From Thermodesulfobacteriota bacterium (GTDB taxonomy: Bacteria; Desulfobacterota_D; UBA1144; Nemesobacterales; UBA2774): a DNA stretch of 35,884 bases. The stretch spans positions 1 to 35,884 of the forward strand of contig DATIET010000269.1 of assembly GCA_035455615.1 (NCBI GenBank), in the 5' to 3' direction. The notes under the pieces were generated by a model that was not told where the DNA came from, searched no databases, and was given only the letters and a program-made list of their open reading frames with translations. Position 1 is the first letter of the stretch; each line of letters begins with the position of its first letter. Both the position numbers and the translations under genes were made by a program. Shown one piece after another: positions 35,623 through 35,884 of this stretch.

Positions 35623-35884
35623 CAAATGTCATTCTACCCGAAGAATTCCTCCCCGGTATTAATAATCCGGTTTCCGGACTTCTGATTTATTTTAGACCGG
35701 TCATTCAAGAAATCCTGAGAATAACTTCTTTGAATTTCGTCATAGCTTGAATACAAAGAGTTTGCAATATCTTCTGAAACATTCTCTTTTAACCGTGCAG
35801 GCTTGCTTTCCTGACTTGTCCATTTGTAGGATTAACCCTACAGGTCCAATACTCGTAATCCTATATTAACAATAGTCTTTATCT

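Noticed and set aside
35825-35863. Small inverted repeats at the window edge (TGTAGG-ATTAAC-CCTACA; AGGATTA ... TAATCCT)
   Set aside because: They are short, AT-rich and truncated by the window end. I cannot distinguish an IS or att end from chance without the flanking sequence.
1-35884. Scan for CRISPR arrays, tRNA/rRNA/tmRNA genes and intact transposases or integrases
   Set aside because: I saw no regularly spaced direct repeats with unique spacers, no T-loop/acceptor-stem combinations, no rRNA-like segments and no DDE or tyrosine-recombinase-like ORFs. This was a by-eye scan, so small or degenerate elements could have been missed.

Overview
About 36 kb from a diderm bacterium I cannot place taxonomically. 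By eye the bulk is about 55-60% GC, with sharply AT-richer patches. Left third: the 3' end of an HtrA/DegP protease, a type-II NADH dehydrogenase, and converging on it a seven-gene minus-strand respiratory operon. That operon runs caa3-type cytochrome c oxidase CoxII-CoxI-CoxIII, CtaG, a small membrane protein, a Rieske protein, and a cytochrome b fused to a C-terminal c-type haem domain. Middle: a short Omp85/TamA-like barrel protein, TatA, a quinone-oxidoreductase-like MDR dehydrogenase, a DUF4239-like membrane protein, an unassigned 500-aa protein, an MFS transporter, an exported 826-aa HEAT-repeat protein and a zinc-ribbon protein. The most notable locus is at 19.5-25.0 kb. A very clear c-di-GMP-I (GEMM-I) riboswitch aptamer sits behind a sigma70-like promoter. 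It precedes a 1513-aa protein with a TIR/nucleoside-deoxyribosyltransferase-like N-terminal domain and two long arrays of 47-aa TPR-like repeats, followed by a small exported protein. I read this as a candidate undescribed c-di-GMP-controlled module. Right third: hisS with a compositionally foreign 3' end, a GT4 glycosyltransferase, two full-length paralogous exported proteins (DUF3943-like N-domain plus putative beta-barrel) separated by a 572-nt structured spacer, then a roughly 4.5 kb low-GC islet. The islet holds about 1.3 kb of apparently non-coding DNA, a near-consensus promoter, small ORFs, a soluble PAS-GAF-PAS HisKA_3 histidine kinase and a NarL/LuxR response regulator. I saw no rRNA, tRNA, CRISPR array or intact mobile element. 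All family assignments come from motif recognition by eye, not database searches.
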